Shown piece after piece: positions 37,314 through 47,306 of a DNA stretch of 64,000 nucleotides. The stretch is taken from IMG/VR virus record IMGVR_UViG_3300032335_001233, positions 51,490 through 115,489 of that record, one strand, 5' to 3'. A program made the translations under genes and the position numbers. The DNA is from a virus. Lineage: Duplodnaviria; Caudoviricetes. Each line of letters begins with the position of its first letter. Within the stretch, counting starts at the first letter, position 1. Under the pieces are notes generated by a model that saw only the letters and a program-made list of their open reading frames with translations, was not told the origin of the DNA and did no database searches.

Positions 37314-38285
37314 TTACCAGGCGCGGCAGCTCCAGTACCGAGCTTTCCAACGCGGTCCGGGATTGTCGCAGTTGTGACGTGCACGAAAGTTCTTTCTACG
37401 TCCTGGAATACTTTTCTTGATCTTCATGCCTTTTTGGCCAAAGTTCACTTTGACCACATTGCCTTTGGGGCCGCGTACATAAACTTTTGATTTTTTAACA
37501 TCTCCTGCCATGGGCTTGCCCAAGGGAACTTCTCGACCTTGATATTTGGCTTCGTCCATGTCTTGCTCATCCAGTGATTTGTTGGGCTGCGCCGCCAGCA
37601 TGCGAATCACGTTCTGAGTCCAAGCTGATACATCGCTGGTACCAATTTCGTCAACGTCGCCTACATAATCAGCTAATTCATCCACAGCGTCCATGACCTT
37701 GGCTGGACCGTGAGCAGCTAGTACACCTGGGTGTTGCATCATGATACGATGTAACACCGCCCGAGCCACTGGGTTGGGCTCGTCATAGCTTTCTTCAATA
37801 CGTTCGTCTTGATTTGATTCAATATAGTCGGCTGCGGTGTCTACATAGTCAGCCGCTTTGTTGATCTTGCTCTGTACCCATTCAGGCATGTTTTCGTTGT
37901 CGTCCAACATGCCTGTGAGTCGTCGAGCAGCACGCACAATGGTTTCAAGATCGTCTTTGGCCATGTCGCCTTCGTAGTCATACTCGCCAGCTTCGGCATC
38001 TTGATCATCGTGATTGTGTGCTTCCATGCTGGCCACGGGTTTGACCGGTGCTGTGGCCACAGACTGTGCTAGTTGACCAAAATCACCTTCACTCAAAAAT
38101 CCATAGCTTTCCAGCAGGCCCATCATTTTTTCATCAGCGTGGAGCACAATACCGTCTGAGGTTTCATCACAGATGTATGTTTCCAGCAAGCATTCTTCGC
38201 GAATATTGATGGCAAAGTTGTCGCCACGAACTGGGCGACTGTAATGGTCTTCAGATTCATTAAGATATTCGCGTAATGACTTCAT
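37314..38285 (-). CDS. Modular putative internal head protein
   Basis: MKSLREYLNESE start; acidic middle; basic C-terminal module ending FRARHNC...ARYWSCRAW. Confidence 0.7.
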   Translation of the reverse strand: MKSLREYLNESEDHYSRPVRGDNFAINIREECLLETYICDETSDGIVLHADEKMMGLLESYGFLSEGDFGQLAQSVATAPVKPVASMEAHNHDDQDAEAGEYDYEGDMAKDDLETIVRAARRLTGMLDDNENMPEWVQSKINKAADYVDTAADYIESNQDERIEESYDEPNPVARAVLHRIMMQHPGVLAAHGPAKVMDAVDELADYVGDVDEIGTSDVSAWTQNVIRMLAAQPNKSLDEQDMDEAKYQGREVPLGKPMAGDVKKSKVYVRGPKGNVVKVNFGQKGMKIKKSIPGRRKNFRARHNCDNPGPRWKARYWSCRAW

Positions 38286-38287
38286 GA

Positions 38288-40132
38288 TTATCCTTTGTAG
38301 GCTCGCCACTGATTGGTAAGATCAAAAATACTTTCTTTGACTTTTTCCATGTCGCCGTCACCGTCTAGGTCAGCTTCTTTCTTGCCGTCGGCACGTGCTT
38401 TGGCTAGATTACCAGTGAACAAATTGCCTTCTTCTGTGCGCTCTTCCTGAGCAATGCCAGCCATTTCTCTCAAGCGAGCCAATGCATCTTCTTCGCCCAA
38501 GGTGATGTCATCACCAGTGCGTCCCATAGCATCGTCTTCATCAGTGACTTGACGATCAGTCTGACTGGCAATCACTGGCACAGTGGTTTGACCAGTGCTC
38601 TTGGGCTTGTTGATGCCGCCTGCGTACTGCATGACATCGTCATTGATTTCGGTGTTAGTAGGATAGTCTGGGGCGTTTTCTGTGGCCTCAGTATCGCCAT
38701 AGGCTTCTTCCATTTGGTCACAACTGCAGGGACTGGTTCCGCAACCACAGCCGCCCTCGCCGCCCATGCCAGCCATCTTCAACAGCTTGCCCAGATACAC
38801 AGCATCCTCGTCGGTGGCTGTGACTGTAAGGCTCTTGGTAGGGCCTCCTTGTGGGTCAGTGCTCATGTTCATGCTGACATTCATGCTTTCAGCAATCATT
38901 TGTTCCAGTTCACGGTTGAAGCTGTCATAGATGCCTTTGCCAAATTGCATGCCGCCTTTGCTGCCTGTGGCCTTGGGGGCTTCGTCTGTGCTTTCCTCAG
39001 TTTTCTTCTTGCCAACTTTTTCAGGCAGGCCTTTGTGCTTGGTTGAAGCAAATTTTTCAGCTTCTTTTTTGGGCATTGACTTGGCTACTTTGGCCACTTC
39101 TTTGCTGGGTGCTTTCTCGCCTTTTTGAGTAGCGTGTACCATGCCCATGAACTTTTGCTGAGACTTGCTTACAGCTTTTTCATCAATTTCTTCTTCTCTG
39201 ACTTGTGCACCGCCTGCTTGTTGATTTTTAATCAGGGTCATTGCTGCGTACAACACAGACTCTAAACGGCTAGCAAAACCTTGTGGGAATTCACCGCCGC
39301 GCTGTGCTTGTTTGGCTGTGGCACGAATTTCAGCAAGGTCGTCATAAATTTGTTGTGCTTGACCATAATCAGCACCTTCTTTGGTCATTAGTTTGCTCTT
39401 GCCACTTGGTCCTTTGGCACCAATACTTTTGCCAGTGCCCTTGGGACGGCCACGACCTTTCTTTTGTGGTTGGCCTTCTCCATCGCCTACATCAGTTTCA
39501 CCAGTCTTGTCATCGTATCTACGAGTGTGGCGAATGCCAGTGGTGGTACGTTCAATTTCGCCTTTGTGGCCTTGGATCTTTTCACCTGGCTTCATTTGTC
39601 CACGACGACGGTCCACGTCCTTGATCATGTCGTCCCATCCTTCGTCCACAGTGTCAGGATCAGCACCGCGCAATCGAGCCAGGCCCTTGCGGTCGCTGAT
39701 GTTGCGTTCACGGTCCTTGTCAAGGTCTTTCTGTGTGGTTTTCCAGTCACCGCCCTTGGCCTTGCGTTGAAACGCTGGAACATCTACTTTCTTGGCGCGA
39801 TTGTGTTCAGGTGCGACTTCGCCTTCATCCATTTTGTCATGCTTGTTGCGAATGGCGTCCATCTTTTGTTTGCTGACACCATCGCGCCCGGCCTTTTGCA
39901 AGGCCTTCATGCCTTGCTCACCGTACTTCTTTTTGCCAAGGTATGCTTGTAGAGCACTTTCGTCCATGTCAGACTTGCGTGCTGAACCAGCAGCTTTTTT
40001 CATGGGTTCGGTTTTGTTGCCGTCGCGATCAAGGTCCAAGAAGTCAGGCTTGGCGCCTTCATTGAGTTGTCGCTGAACTGGCTTGGCAGCAATAGAGTTC
40101 AGTCGTGCGTTCAGGTCGTAAAAAAATGTCAT
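38288..40132 (-). CDS. Large charged modular protein, putative head-core/internal polyprotein
   Basis: About 12 x-x-E motifs separating modules; AT-hook KKGRGRPKG; DUF3008-like KAVSKSQQ...FASTKHKGLPEKV; two DLD.DG motifs. Confidence 0.72.
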   Translation of the reverse strand: MTFFYDLNARLNSIAAKPVQRQLNEGAKPDFLDLDRDGNKTEPMKKAAGSARKSDMDESALQAYLGKKKYGEQGMKALQKAGRDGVSKQKMDAIRNKHDKMDEGEVAPEHNRAKKVDVPAFQRKAKGGDWKTTQKDLDKDRERNISDRKGLARLRGADPDTVDEGWDDMIKDVDRRRGQMKPGEKIQGHKGEIERTTTGIRHTRRYDDKTGETDVGDGEGQPQKKGRGRPKGTGKSIGAKGPSGKSKLMTKEGADYGQAQQIYDDLAEIRATAKQAQRGGEFPQGFASRLESVLYAAMTLIKNQQAGGAQVREEEIDEKAVSKSQQKFMGMVHATQKGEKAPSKEVAKVAKSMPKKEAEKFASTKHKGLPEKVGKKKTEESTDEAPKATGSKGGMQFGKGIYDSFNRELEQMIAESMNVSMNMSTDPQGGPTKSLTVTATDEDAVYLGKLLKMAGMGGEGGCGCGTSPCSCDQMEEAYGDTEATENAPDYPTNTEINDDVMQYAGGINKPKSTGQTTVPVIASQTDRQVTDEDDAMGRTGDDITLGEEDALARLREMAGIAQEERTEEGNLFTGNLAKARADGKKEADLDGDGDMEKVKESIFDLTNQWRAYKG

Positions 40133-40136
40133 GTTG

Positions 40137-40745
40137 TTATCCTCTTGGGTTTGCGCCAGTGGCTGGCTTTGCGGGACGCTTGATGTTTGTCATAGGGCTT
40201 TTCACACCCTGGGGCAAATCGTTTGTGGTCCGGGCTGGCGGTGTCTTGCCCCCGGCCACAGTGAAATCACTGCGATAGGCATTTTTCAACACTGCATGAT
40301 CATAAGGCCCAGTGGCATAGTCTTTTTTCAAAGCACGTTGCTCAGCAGTGTCTGTGGGGTAGTCAGTGTCTTTCAACAGATCTTTGTTGTCATCTTCAAT
40401 GGCATCGTTTTCACGAGTCATGCTTTCCTCGTAGTTGCGAGTGTTCATCACAATGCGATTGGGATCAAAGTTCATGAGCTGCGCCAACTGTTTGATCTGT
40501 GGCTCAATGGCTGGATAGCGAGTGTCTACATCGACAATGGTCACACGTTCGTTCTTGAATGCTGGAAAGTCAGGATTGACCTGACGCACTGGTGTCACTC
40601 TGGGTGTGCTCATTTTGATCACATCAAATTGACTCATTCGATCTCGAAGGCCTCGCTCAAAATCAGCAGGCACATCGCCGGCAATTTTGATGCGATATGT
40701 GTACACACGTTCACTTTCGGCTAGGTAATGTGCAAATGGTTTCAT
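40137..40745 (-). CDS. Hypothetical head-associated protein
   Basis: MKPFAHYLAESE start; TAAATA upstream (~40763-40768). Confidence 0.7.
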   Translation of the reverse strand: MKPFAHYLAESERVYTYRIKIAGDVPADFERGLRDRMSQFDVIKMSTPRVTPVRQVNPDFPAFKNERVTIVDVDTRYPAIEPQIKQLAQLMNFDPNRIVMNTRNYEESMTRENDAIEDDNKDLLKDTDYPTDTAEQRALKKDYATGPYDHAVLKNAYRSDFTVAGGKTPPARTTNDLPQGVKSPMTNIKRPAKPATGANPRG

Positions 40746-40765
40746 GTTGGTATCCTATTGAGTAT

Positions 40766-41251
40766 TTAGTCTGTTTTGGTGTTTTGCTCAGGGGCTCGTA
40801 TGCGAGCCAACAAGTCATTGCGACTCAACACCACCCCAGTTCCAGTTTGCGTGGGGGTAACGTCACCAGCAGCCTGCTGTTGTTGATCCAGTCGAGCTTT
40901 TTTCAGTTGCAGATCAATCATTTTGAGTTTTTTGTCCAGTTTGGCTGTTTTGGCTGTGATGGCATGTCCCAACATGTTTGATGCTACTGAGAATATATCG
41001 CTGGCAAAACGACTGTCCACTTGCATGCCAAGATCCATGAGTTCACGATAGCTGTTGGTGGCCATGTCAGCAAGACCATCCATTTCTTGGTCTGAACTTT
41101 CTAGTCCTCGCACACCAGGCAAGGCTTCGTCTATCTTGTCTATGGCTGTGTCTATGGCTGTGATGGTTTCACGGCTAATGGGCAGAGGTGACTGTTCGTT
41201 TTCTGCATCGCTGGAGGGGAGATCAAACAGTTCTTCTAATTTCTTGGTCAT
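40766..41251 (-). CDS. Probable terminase small subunit (T4 gp16-like)
   Basis: Two long helices (...FSVASNMLGHAI...KMIDLQLKK) and a C-terminal GVVLSRNDLL resembling gp16 architecture; late promoter. Confidence 0.45.
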   Translation of the reverse strand: MTKKLEELFDLPSSDAENEQSPLPISRETITAIDTAIDKIDEALPGVRGLESSDQEMDGLADMATNSYRELMDLGMQVDSRFASDIFSVASNMLGHAITAKTAKLDKKLKMIDLQLKKARLDQQQQAAGDVTPTQTGTGVVLSRNDLLARIRAPEQNTKTD

Positions 41252-41266
41252 GCCATATTTATGGGG

Positions 41267-41698
41267 TCAGGCACGACCGTTATGGAACATTTGATCTTCA
41301 GTTATGACTCTAAAAGTAATGCCTTGACGTTGGCACCATTTTTGTGCAGCAGCCCACTTGGCATAGTTGATGGCAACCACAGCACGATCTCGACTGCTCA
41401 TTTTGCTTTCAATCACGCTCTGCTTTTTGGGCTTGATTTCTACTAGTTCGGCTCGAACTGTGTTGTTGCGAGTGCGATAGGTAATAAAAAAATCTGGTAT
41501 GTAGATAGTTTGTTTGCCGGTCAAGGGATGCCGATAGGGTATCTGTATGGATTCTGATGCCCACTGCAAAATGTGATCGTTTTGATCACAAAATCTCATG
41601 AAGCTGTGTTCCCAGCCTGATCTAAATCGTGGTTTGCCCGTGCCCACATATTTGGCAGGATTTTGTACTTCATAAACCCCTTGGGCCCAGCGACTCAT
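41267..41698 (-). CDS. gp4: Head completion nuclease (T4 gp4-like, TnsA-like PD-(D/E)xK)
   Basis: NPAKYVG, RSGWE, WASE, YIPDF, EIKPKKQ, NYAKW.AA, FRVITE. Confidence 0.88.
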   Translation of the reverse strand: MSRWAQGVYEVQNPAKYVGTGKPRFRSGWEHSFMRFCDQNDHILQWASESIQIPYRHPLTGKQTIYIPDFFITYRTRNNTVRAELVEIKPKKQSVIESKMSSRDRAVVAINYAKWAAAQKWCQRQGITFRVITEDQMFHNGRA

Positions 41699-42069
41699 TG
41701 CACTACGTTTCTGGCAGCGTAAAAGTTGGGAGTTGAACGAGCATTCACACCCAACAACACAGCACCGTTACGAATGCTGTTGAGATAGTAGGCCAATGTA
41801 GCATTGAGATTTACACCGCCTTGACCTTGAAATTCTTGCAGCAGTGTCAAGGGCGGAATGCCAGTTTGTTCAGCCACTCTAAACAAGCTCACAGTGAAGT
41901 TGTTGGCAGCTTGACGACTAGTCATGGTGCTGAGGAAATAACTGCGTACCACGTCGTATTCGGCTGCTGGCACGTTGACATCATACTCGTAGAAAGCGTC
42001 AAACACTCTGGCAGTGAGATCAATGTTGGGGTTTTCGTAGTTGACTGAGGTATTGAGATTGATTGCCAT
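41695..42069 (-). CDS. Hypothetical protein
   Basis: 124-aa ORF in the tail operon. Confidence 0.7.
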   Translation of the reverse strand: MAINLNTSVNYENPNIDLTARVFDAFYEYDVNVPAAEYDVVRSYFLSTMTSRQAANNFTVSLFRVAEQTGIPPLTLLQEFQGQGGVNLNATLAYYLNSIRNGAVLLGVNARSTPNFYAARNVVQ

Positions 42070-42071
42070 GG

Positions 42072-43217
42072 TTAACCGCCTGTGCCTGGAGTATTAGGGT
42101 TGCCGGTACCAGGTTTGGGGAACACCCAGCCATCAACTTTGTTGGCCACTTGACGCACTGCGCCCGGAGACGTAGTGCCACGTATAACTTCAGTGCCCAA
42201 GCTGCGAGCTTCACTCGTCACAATGTTTCGAAGATTTTTGCCTTTGAAGGTATTGTAGGCTGTGCCAGCTTTTTGTGCTGCACCAATGAGTCCCAGTACT
42301 GAGCCTGATTGCAAATCTTCAAGAATGCCAGCACTGGTGTCCAACAATCCACCTTGACCAAACACTGTGGCATTTGATCCTGGTCGGCTAATAGGACTGA
42401 GTGTGGTGTCGTAGTGTGCAGGATCAGCAAAGCCTTTGACATTGACGTCGGGTCTGCTGCGACTCACAGCACCATTGTAGTATTTTACAGTTTCATAGGC
42501 TATGGTCATGGTGTTTTGCATTACACCATTGCCTTGGCTGTAGTCATATGTGTCGTGTTGCCAGTTTGTGATAATGGGATTGATCAGCACATACTCAGCA
42601 AACTTGTGCTGATCCATGCCGTAGATTCTAATATCCAAAAAGAACGGAGGTTTGCCTGACGCTGCACTGGTGCCGTCTTTGAAACTTTCGCCAATGAACC
42701 CCCAGTCGTTGACATTGGCAGTGCGATTTTGCTCGTAGATGTCACGTGCATTATAGCCAAAGCCGGCCTGACGTTGTGCACTGGCACCTAAACTGCCGTT
42801 TTGATTGTTGGGGCTGAGATACTGTTGTGTGGGATCTTTGTAGTAATAACTGTAGTAGTTGTACCACATGTTGCGCACCACATCACCTGAGTCATCGTGA
42901 AAAGTCACGTTGATGGGGTCATACTTGATGCCAGTTTGAATCACACGCTTGCGATTGTACTGATTCATGACGTCAGTGTTCACAGTGTACTTGGGCAAGT
43001 CAATGGTTTTGACCACTAGACTGATATTTTGATTGTCTTGTACGCTGAGGCTGGGTATGGCTTGACTGTTTATAGTGAAGCTAACATGATAAAGAAACTT
43101 GAAGCGTGGCTTGAGTTCGTACTGGTTGGTACGAAAGGTACGGCTTGCGTGAGTGTAATCACGCAAGCTCTCTACCTGGGTAAAGCCTTTAAGGAAGTCT
43201 TGTCCGAAGCCCATCAA
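42072..43217 (-). CDS. Tail-tube-fold protein (baseplate tube initiator gp48/gp54-like)
   Basis: VKTIDLPK, YDPINVTFHDD, TMTIAYE; follows the tail tube gene. Confidence 0.65.
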   Translation of the reverse strand: MMGFGQDFLKGFTQVESLRDYTHASRTFRTNQYELKPRFKFLYHVSFTINSQAIPSLSVQDNQNISLVVKTIDLPKYTVNTDVMNQYNRKRVIQTGIKYDPINVTFHDDSGDVVRNMWYNYYSYYYKDPTQQYLSPNNQNGSLGASAQRQAGFGYNARDIYEQNRTANVNDWGFIGESFKDGTSAASGKPPFFLDIRIYGMDQHKFAEYVLINPIITNWQHDTYDYSQGNGVMQNTMTIAYETVKYYNGAVSRSRPDVNVKGFADPAHYDTTLSPISRPGSNATVFGQGGLLDTSAGILEDLQSGSVLGLIGAAQKAGTAYNTFKGKNLRNIVTSEARSLGTEVIRGTTSPGAVRQVANKVDGWVFPKPGTGNPNTPGTGG

Positions 43218-43225
43218 GGCCCCTC

Positions 43226-43879
43226 TTAACCAGCGGCGCCGGCGCCTGTTACTGAACCAAATGCATCTCTTGTTACTGCACCAATCACACCACCAATGCT
43301 GGCAGCAGCAGCGTTGTCACCTTGGAACAGCGCAGCGTTGTCGTAAGCAATGGTCATGCTGATTGTGACCGGGGCACTTTCGCCATAGTTCATGGAACCA
43401 TAGTCAGCACCTTTGAGGTAACAACCATACAGTTCCCAAGTTTCAAGCACAACGGGCTCAACGTTGCCGTTGCCGCCGTCAAGAATTTCAAACTTGGTCT
43501 GGAACTTGTAATCAATGCCCGAAGCAGCCGACGCCATTTCCAAGAAGTCCAATTGTTTCTGGAACTGTTCGCCCACCAACTTGCTCACACTGTTGCTGGC
43601 ATCATCGCGAATTTCGCATGTGGTGTCAGCCCAGGTGTGCTTGCCAGCCAGCTTCAGTGTTGAGTTATAGACTGGCAGTGCAATTTCTTCAAACGTCAAG
43701 TTGGGACGGTTGAAGCTGATAACCTGCTTGGTAAGTTCTGTGGTTTCTTTGCTAACGCCAAAATTTATAAATGTCACTCGAAAGCGATATTTGAGTTTGG
43801 GCATCAACAGGCCTTGGGCACTAGCGCTCTGGTCACTGGCCAAAGGCACTGTCATTCTGTTTAGTGATGCAACTGCCAT
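43226..43879 (-). CDS. gp19: Tail tube protein (gp19-like)
   Basis: KYRFRV, LAGKHTW, WELYGCY, IAYDNA; directly after the sheath gene. Confidence 0.8.
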   Translation of the reverse strand: MAVASLNRMTVPLASDQSASAQGLLMPKLKYRFRVTFINFGVSKETTELTKQVISFNRPNLTFEEIALPVYNSTLKLAGKHTWADTTCEIRDDASNSVSKLVGEQFQKQLDFLEMASAASGIDYKFQTKFEILDGGNGNVEPVVLETWELYGCYLKGADYGSMNYGESAPVTISMTIAYDNAALFQGDNAAAASIGGVIGAVTRDAFGSVTGAGAAG

Positions 43880-43928
43880 TTTAGATATCTCCTATGTGTT
43901 TATTTATCTGCTTTCAAGGCCCAATTTC

Positions 43929-46900
43929 TTAGGCCGCAGCTCCTGATATCTCACCAGTGTTCTTGATACGCAGCGGAATGTAGATGAATTCCACAGCCTT
44001 GACTGGTTCAATAGCAATATCCACCCAAAGCTCGTTACGGTCAATACGTGCAGGTGTGTTGTTGCTCAAGTCACAAACAACTAGGTAATCGTAAATTGCT
44101 CGTTTAGCAATCAAGTCAATCATCAAGCTGTTGCACTGACCAGCAATCTCGTCACGTGTGATCTGATCATTGGGTTCAAACAAGTACAGTTTGCCAATCT
44201 CTTCCAGGCGTCCACGCAAGAATGCAACCAAACGTGCTACGTTGATGCGATCCAAGGCCGAAGTCACTGTGGTCGAAGTCTTGTTACCAAAGTTCACAAT
44301 ACCAATACCTGGGATGAACGTGATGGGGTTGATGTTGCGCTCGTACAGGATGTCACGTACCGCTTGGCTCACACCCACTTGTACAAACTCTCCGGTCTGT
44401 GCATCCACATAACCAATAGCCGCAGCGTTGTCAACCACACCACGACGTGTACCAGCTGGTGCCAACCATGGATAGCTCACAGCGTCTGAGCGCAGTATGG
44501 TGCGCATCATCATGTGGCTGGGCGGTTGTACCACAGGCTGTCCACCAAGATCTGATGTCAAGCAGCTGGGGTAGAACACACCAGCATAGTTGCTAGTAGC
44601 TGAATTACCGTCTTGTGTGATCAATCCTAGACCGTTGTTGTTGGTAGCCCAGCTCACTAGGCTGTTGCCGTCTATGGCCAAACGCAACGGAGTATCAGCC
44701 ACCACAAACAAGGTGTTGTTGCGCTCGTTGCTGAGTGCAATCATGTTGCCTGTAAGTTCAGGATAGCTAGGTGTGGCAATCAAGTTGAACTGATTTTGTT
44801 CTTCACGTGCAGCAGTGCTAGTGTCAATACCGGCTTTGAGTGCTTCCACAATCATTTGGCGCTGAGCCAAACGACCTGACCACATGCTACCATTTTGCTT
44901 GTTGCCACTGGCAGTGAGCCAGGTACTCTTTACCGTGGGCAATGTATCATCAGGAAAGCTGTTGGCGTTGAAGTAGTTGGCCTGGAAGCTCTTGACGTTG
45001 TAGCCTGAACGACGTGTGTTGAACAACAACATGCCTTGTGGATACAGGTTGGGATCAGGAGCATCAAGATCCAAGTAGTTGCTGGTCAGCAAGCTCACGA
45101 TTGTGGGGAACGGATCAGCCACAGGGTCTGTGGTGCCGTTGGGCGCCCAACGTGCGTCAGCGAACAAGATACCGTTTTCGGTGACTTGATCAGTGGTGTC
45201 AATCTCTACCCACTGATCCACAGTGTCGGCCACTTGCCAGCGATACAACTTGGGATAGTTTTCTAGGTCGCCGGTGTCAATCCAGAGATCGCCGTATTCC
45301 AGTGCAGTACCGTCGGTTTGCACAGTGGGCTCAGTGGCAGCAATGATTGGTCCTGATGCGTTGGTGAGGCTGAGATCAAAACCACGCACATCGTTGGTGA
45401 CATTTTGATAGCCAATCCAAGCACCGTTGTTCTGAATCATGATGTCAGCATCACTCACAGTGCTGTAGTACCACAAACGACCAGTAGCAGGATTCTGATC
45501 TGGCGCAGTGTCGCTTGAAGTGTATTCAAACAACGGCGCAGTCACAAAGTTACTGCCGATCAAAGTGGTCAGACCGACGCGGCTAGGACGAACCTTGGGA
45601 GTGTTGCTTGTGATACCAGCTGTGGCCAAGGGAGTGTTGGCTCCGTCAACCCAGTAAATGTTGCCACCTTCAGTGTGAGTAAACACAATGTTTCCTGCTG
45701 CGTTTACAGTACAAGTTACGTAAGTCACATTGGCTGCGCTCACAGCAGTCAAGAAGTCAGCTACAGTACCAGTGCCACCAATAGTGATAGTAGCTGGCGG
45801 GTTTGGACTTAGTAATGCCGAGCCCGGCTGCGTTGCTTGCATGGTAAATGTTGATCCCACTGTAAAGCTAGTGGGTGTTGTAAGGCCAGTGATTATAGTA
45901 TCACCTATAGCAATCTTTTCAAATATCTCAAAGCTAAAGCTGTCGTTTGGTGTAGTGTCTCGTTCAAGAGAATTAGCTATTGCATAGGTTGTGCCCACAG
46001 GAATCAGCGCACCACCGCCCACAGGATCAATATCGTACAGTGCAACACGGTCGCTCACGTACACTGCACAATTTTGGTTTACAAATTCAGCCAAGGCTGA
46101 ACTGTAACGTGACAGTTGCAGGTCAACACCGTTGTTGGCTGCACTGATGTTGTTCCAGACTGATCCAGTGGGGCGTGGATTGGTTTGTGTGCTGCCCCAA
46201 CGTGGAACTTGGTAGCTGTAACCATAGTTATATATGGGAGCCAGATACAGATTGGCAGTGATGCCCAGGGCTGTCAACAATGCAGCACCTTGGTTTGGTC
46301 CAACTTCAATGTTGGCAATGCCACCATCACCAGTTGAGCCGTCGCTTGTGGCATTGCTGTCAGCATAGATTGTGAGCTTGCCAGCAACGTTGGCTGCTGT
46401 GATACCAGGAATTAACAATGCGTTGATCACACTAACCAACCCACTCACAGTGTTGGTGCCACTCACAGTGACCAAGTTGCTGTTGATGTACATGTTGGCG
46501 CCCACAGTGAGGCTGCTGGGGCTGGCTGTGCCTTGCACAGTAGGCCATGAATTTTTCCAAGCATCATCGCCCAGCACCACCCAGGTGTTGTTGGCATTTT
46601 TGTAGAAGCCTTGGTTGTACACACTCACAGCGCTCACAGCATAGTCACCAATGTTGCCAATGCTTTGCAATGGAGTATAGTCTTCGTTGTCAACATCAAC
46701 CACTTCATCAGGATTGGTGATCACGATGGGAGTTTTCACTGTGAAGGTATTGGTGGTTGCATTCCACTCTTGAATACCCCAAACTGAAGTACCAGTGTTG
46801 AGCCAGAAAGTACCGTCAGCAGGCGCACCAGTGGGGCGAGTCAAGCTAGCAGTGAGTTCAGTGAGATCAACGTCCACACGCTGTACATAAGCGCGGTTGG

Positions 46901-47210
46901 TAACGCCCAGGGCTGAATAAGCAGCCAGCAAACCATACTCGTTGAGTTCGTAACCATTGATGGGAGTACCAGTTGTGGTCTGATAGAAGAATGGTACACC
47001 GAATGTGGCAGTGAGGTCGCGTTGGCTGGTCACTAAATAAGTCTTGTTGGCATTGGCAGCGGTTGTGCCAGCTGCTACTGTGATGCCGTCAGCTGAAACT
47101 TTGTTTTGCGCAGTGGCAATCAAAAAGTATGGGACTGTGTTAACCGCAGAAGGGATATACTGACTTTCGTCAATTACTGTTACTTCTACGCCGGGAGATA
47201 CTAGAGCCAT
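43929..47210 (-). CDS. gp18: Tail sheath protein (gp18-like) with large insertions
   Basis: MALVSPGVEVTVIDES, PWLAPAG.RRG, INPI, RINVARL, FEPND, EFIYIP. Confidence 0.93.
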   Translation of the reverse strand: MALVSPGVEVTVIDESQYIPSAVNTVPYFLIATAQNKVSADGITVAAGTTAANANKTYLVTSQRDLTATFGVPFFYQTTTGTPINGYELNEYGLLAAYSALGVTNRAYVQRVDVDLTELTASLTRPTGAPADGTFWLNTGTSVWGIQEWNATTNTFTVKTPIVITNPDEVVDVDNEDYTPLQSIGNIGDYAVSAVSVYNQGFYKNANNTWVVLGDDAWKNSWPTVQGTASPSSLTVGANMYINSNLVTVSGTNTVSGLVSVINALLIPGITAANVAGKLTIYADSNATSDGSTGDGGIANIEVGPNQGAALLTALGITANLYLAPIYNYGYSYQVPRWGSTQTNPRPTGSVWNNISAANNGVDLQLSRYSSALAEFVNQNCAVYVSDRVALYDIDPVGGGALIPVGTTYAIANSLERDTTPNDSFSFEIFEKIAIGDTIITGLTTPTSFTVGSTFTMQATQPGSALLSPNPPATITIGGTGTVADFLTAVSAANVTYVTCTVNAAGNIVFTHTEGGNIYWVDGANTPLATAGITSNTPKVRPSRVGLTTLIGSNFVTAPLFEYTSSDTAPDQNPATGRLWYYSTVSDADIMIQNNGAWIGYQNVTNDVRGFDLSLTNASGPIIAATEPTVQTDGTALEYGDLWIDTGDLENYPKLYRWQVADTVDQWVEIDTTDQVTENGILFADARWAPNGTTDPVADPFPTIVSLLTSNYLDLDAPDPNLYPQGMLLFNTRRSGYNVKSFQANYFNANSFPDDTLPTVKSTWLTASGNKQNGSMWSGRLAQRQMIVEALKAGIDTSTAAREEQNQFNLIATPSYPELTGNMIALSNERNNTLFVVADTPLRLAIDGNSLVSWATNNNGLGLITQDGNSATSNYAGVFYPSCLTSDLGGQPVVQPPSHMMMRTILRSDAVSYPWLAPAGTRRGVVDNAAAIGYVDAQTGEFVQVGVSQAVRDILYERNINPITFIPGIGIVNFGNKTSTTVTSALDRINVARLVAFLRGRLEEIGKLYLFEPNDQITRDEIAGQCNSLMIDLIAKRAIYDYLVVCDLSNNTPARIDRNELWVDIAIEPVKAVEFIYIPLRIKNTGEISGAAA

Positions 47211-47306
47211 TTTTTGGGTTCCTTTACTAGTTCCAATATTTATGGAACCAGACAGAAAAACCTGGTTTAGGCGTCCCTTTGGCAAAGGTCCATGTTAAAT
47301 ACTGAC

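Noticed and set aside
41267-41698. TnsA transposase / Tn7 element
   Set aside because: Motifs and position match the T4 gp4 head-completion nuclease; no other tns genes or transposon ends.
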